DNA of 64,000 nt from Cetorhinus maximus (lineage: Eukaryota), in assembly GCF_964194155.1 (NCBI RefSeq), contig NC_135889.1, positions 45,074,001 to 45,138,000 on the forward strand, in the 5' to 3' direction. Positions 63,091-64,000 of the stretch are shown piece after piece. A program made the translations under genes and the position numbers. The notes under the pieces were generated by a model, which saw only the letters and a list, made by a program, of their open reading frames with translations, was not told the origin of the DNA and searched no databases. Positions within the stretch are counted from its first letter, which is position 1, and each line of letters opens with the position of its first letter.

Positions 63091-64000
63091 CTGATATGTC
63101 TGTTTGCTGAAAGGAAAATATTTCAGTCCTGGTTTGTGTTAATACACCGAACACTTACATTTATGTAATGGCATGAAATGAAATAATGTAGGGAATATAC
63201 CCAAGGGCTTCACAGAGGAGAAACAGCAAATAAAAAGTAGGAGCAGGAGGAACATTGAAAAGGCTCTCAATGGCTGGTAGAAAAGTAGTGAAGTTCAGCA
63301 AAGAACTTCCAATGATTGGCTGAGACAGCTGAAAGCTAATACTAGCTCTAGTCTTCCAGTGCATTTTTAGAAGCTGAGTTAATTCCAGATAGGTTGTCTA
63401 TTGTTATCTATCTCTAAACCCAGGACACGCTTTGTTCTTAAGGAACTGCAGGAGATGAGAGAACATTTTGTCAGTGAGTTACATGAATTGGTTTTCTATC
63501 ATGCAGTGTTGATACCAAGAAAGAGGTGAATAGAAAGTTTGTAAATGCTAGGAATCTGAAACAACAGAAAATGTTGGAAATACACAATAGGTAAATCAGG
63601 GTCCAGAAAGAGAAAGGGTGTCAGTGGACTCCTAACCGAACTGTTAACCCATTTCTTCCCTTTTCAGGGGCTGTTGGTTCCGCTGTGTAGTTCCAACAAT
63701 ACTAGAAGGTTATGCCAATAGGGTTAGATGAAGACGGGGAGGAGGAGGCTCGTGTGGAGCATAAACAATACCATGGATCAGCTTTGCCAAGTGGCCTGTT
63801 TCTGAGCTGTACATTCTCAATAATTTTATGTAACACACATCATGGGCTAACATGAACTTCCTCGCCTCCAATTTTTTTTTTTCTCCCTTTGCCAGCTTGT
63901 ATCTTTCTCCCTTGCCCAGTTTGTGTTTCGCCACTCCCCACCTCAACTTGTGTTTCTCTCTGTCTCAACATCCCCAGTTTGTGTTTCTGTCTCACTCGCC

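Noticed and set aside
62554-63154. His/Thr-rich ORFs of 137-173 aa
   Set aside because: Translation of the (TG)n simple repeat.
55250-64000. OSGEPL1 exons expected from human synteny
   Set aside because: I could not find the LGIETSCDDT-type motif or other recognisable exons by eye; TBLASTN would settle it.

Overview
Vertebrate nuclear DNA, very probably from a cartilaginous fish (shark-like repeat landscape; this is an inference). Three conserved genes can be assembled from the sequence. (1) The 5' part of PMS1 on the minus strand: four coding exons, aa 1-194, continuing off the left edge. (2) The complete 153-aa ORMDL1 on the plus strand, three coding exons, head-to-head with PMS1 at a shared CpG/GC-box/CCAAT promoter near 25.35-25.54 kb. 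(3) ADAT3 on the minus strand, one coding exon of 357 aa, convergent with ORMDL1. The rest is dense with decayed transposable elements: CR1 and L2 LINEs, tRNA-derived SINEs, Penelope-like elements, Harbinger remnants and MITEs, a Tigger-like MITE, a Gypsy remnant and solo LTRs. Most notable: a family of short Penelope-type termini carrying minimal hammerhead-ribozyme cores, including a 120-bp-arm palindrome in ORMDL1 intron 1; a 1.6-kb 33/45-bp minisatellite abutting the promoter whose every unit carries splice-donor motifs on the PMS1 strand; a 5'-truncated divergent histone H2B inside a PMS1 intron; and ADAT3 located beside ORMDL1 rather than overlapping SCAMP4 as in human. I found no convincing wholly new protein-coding system. 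Repeat boundaries are approximate.
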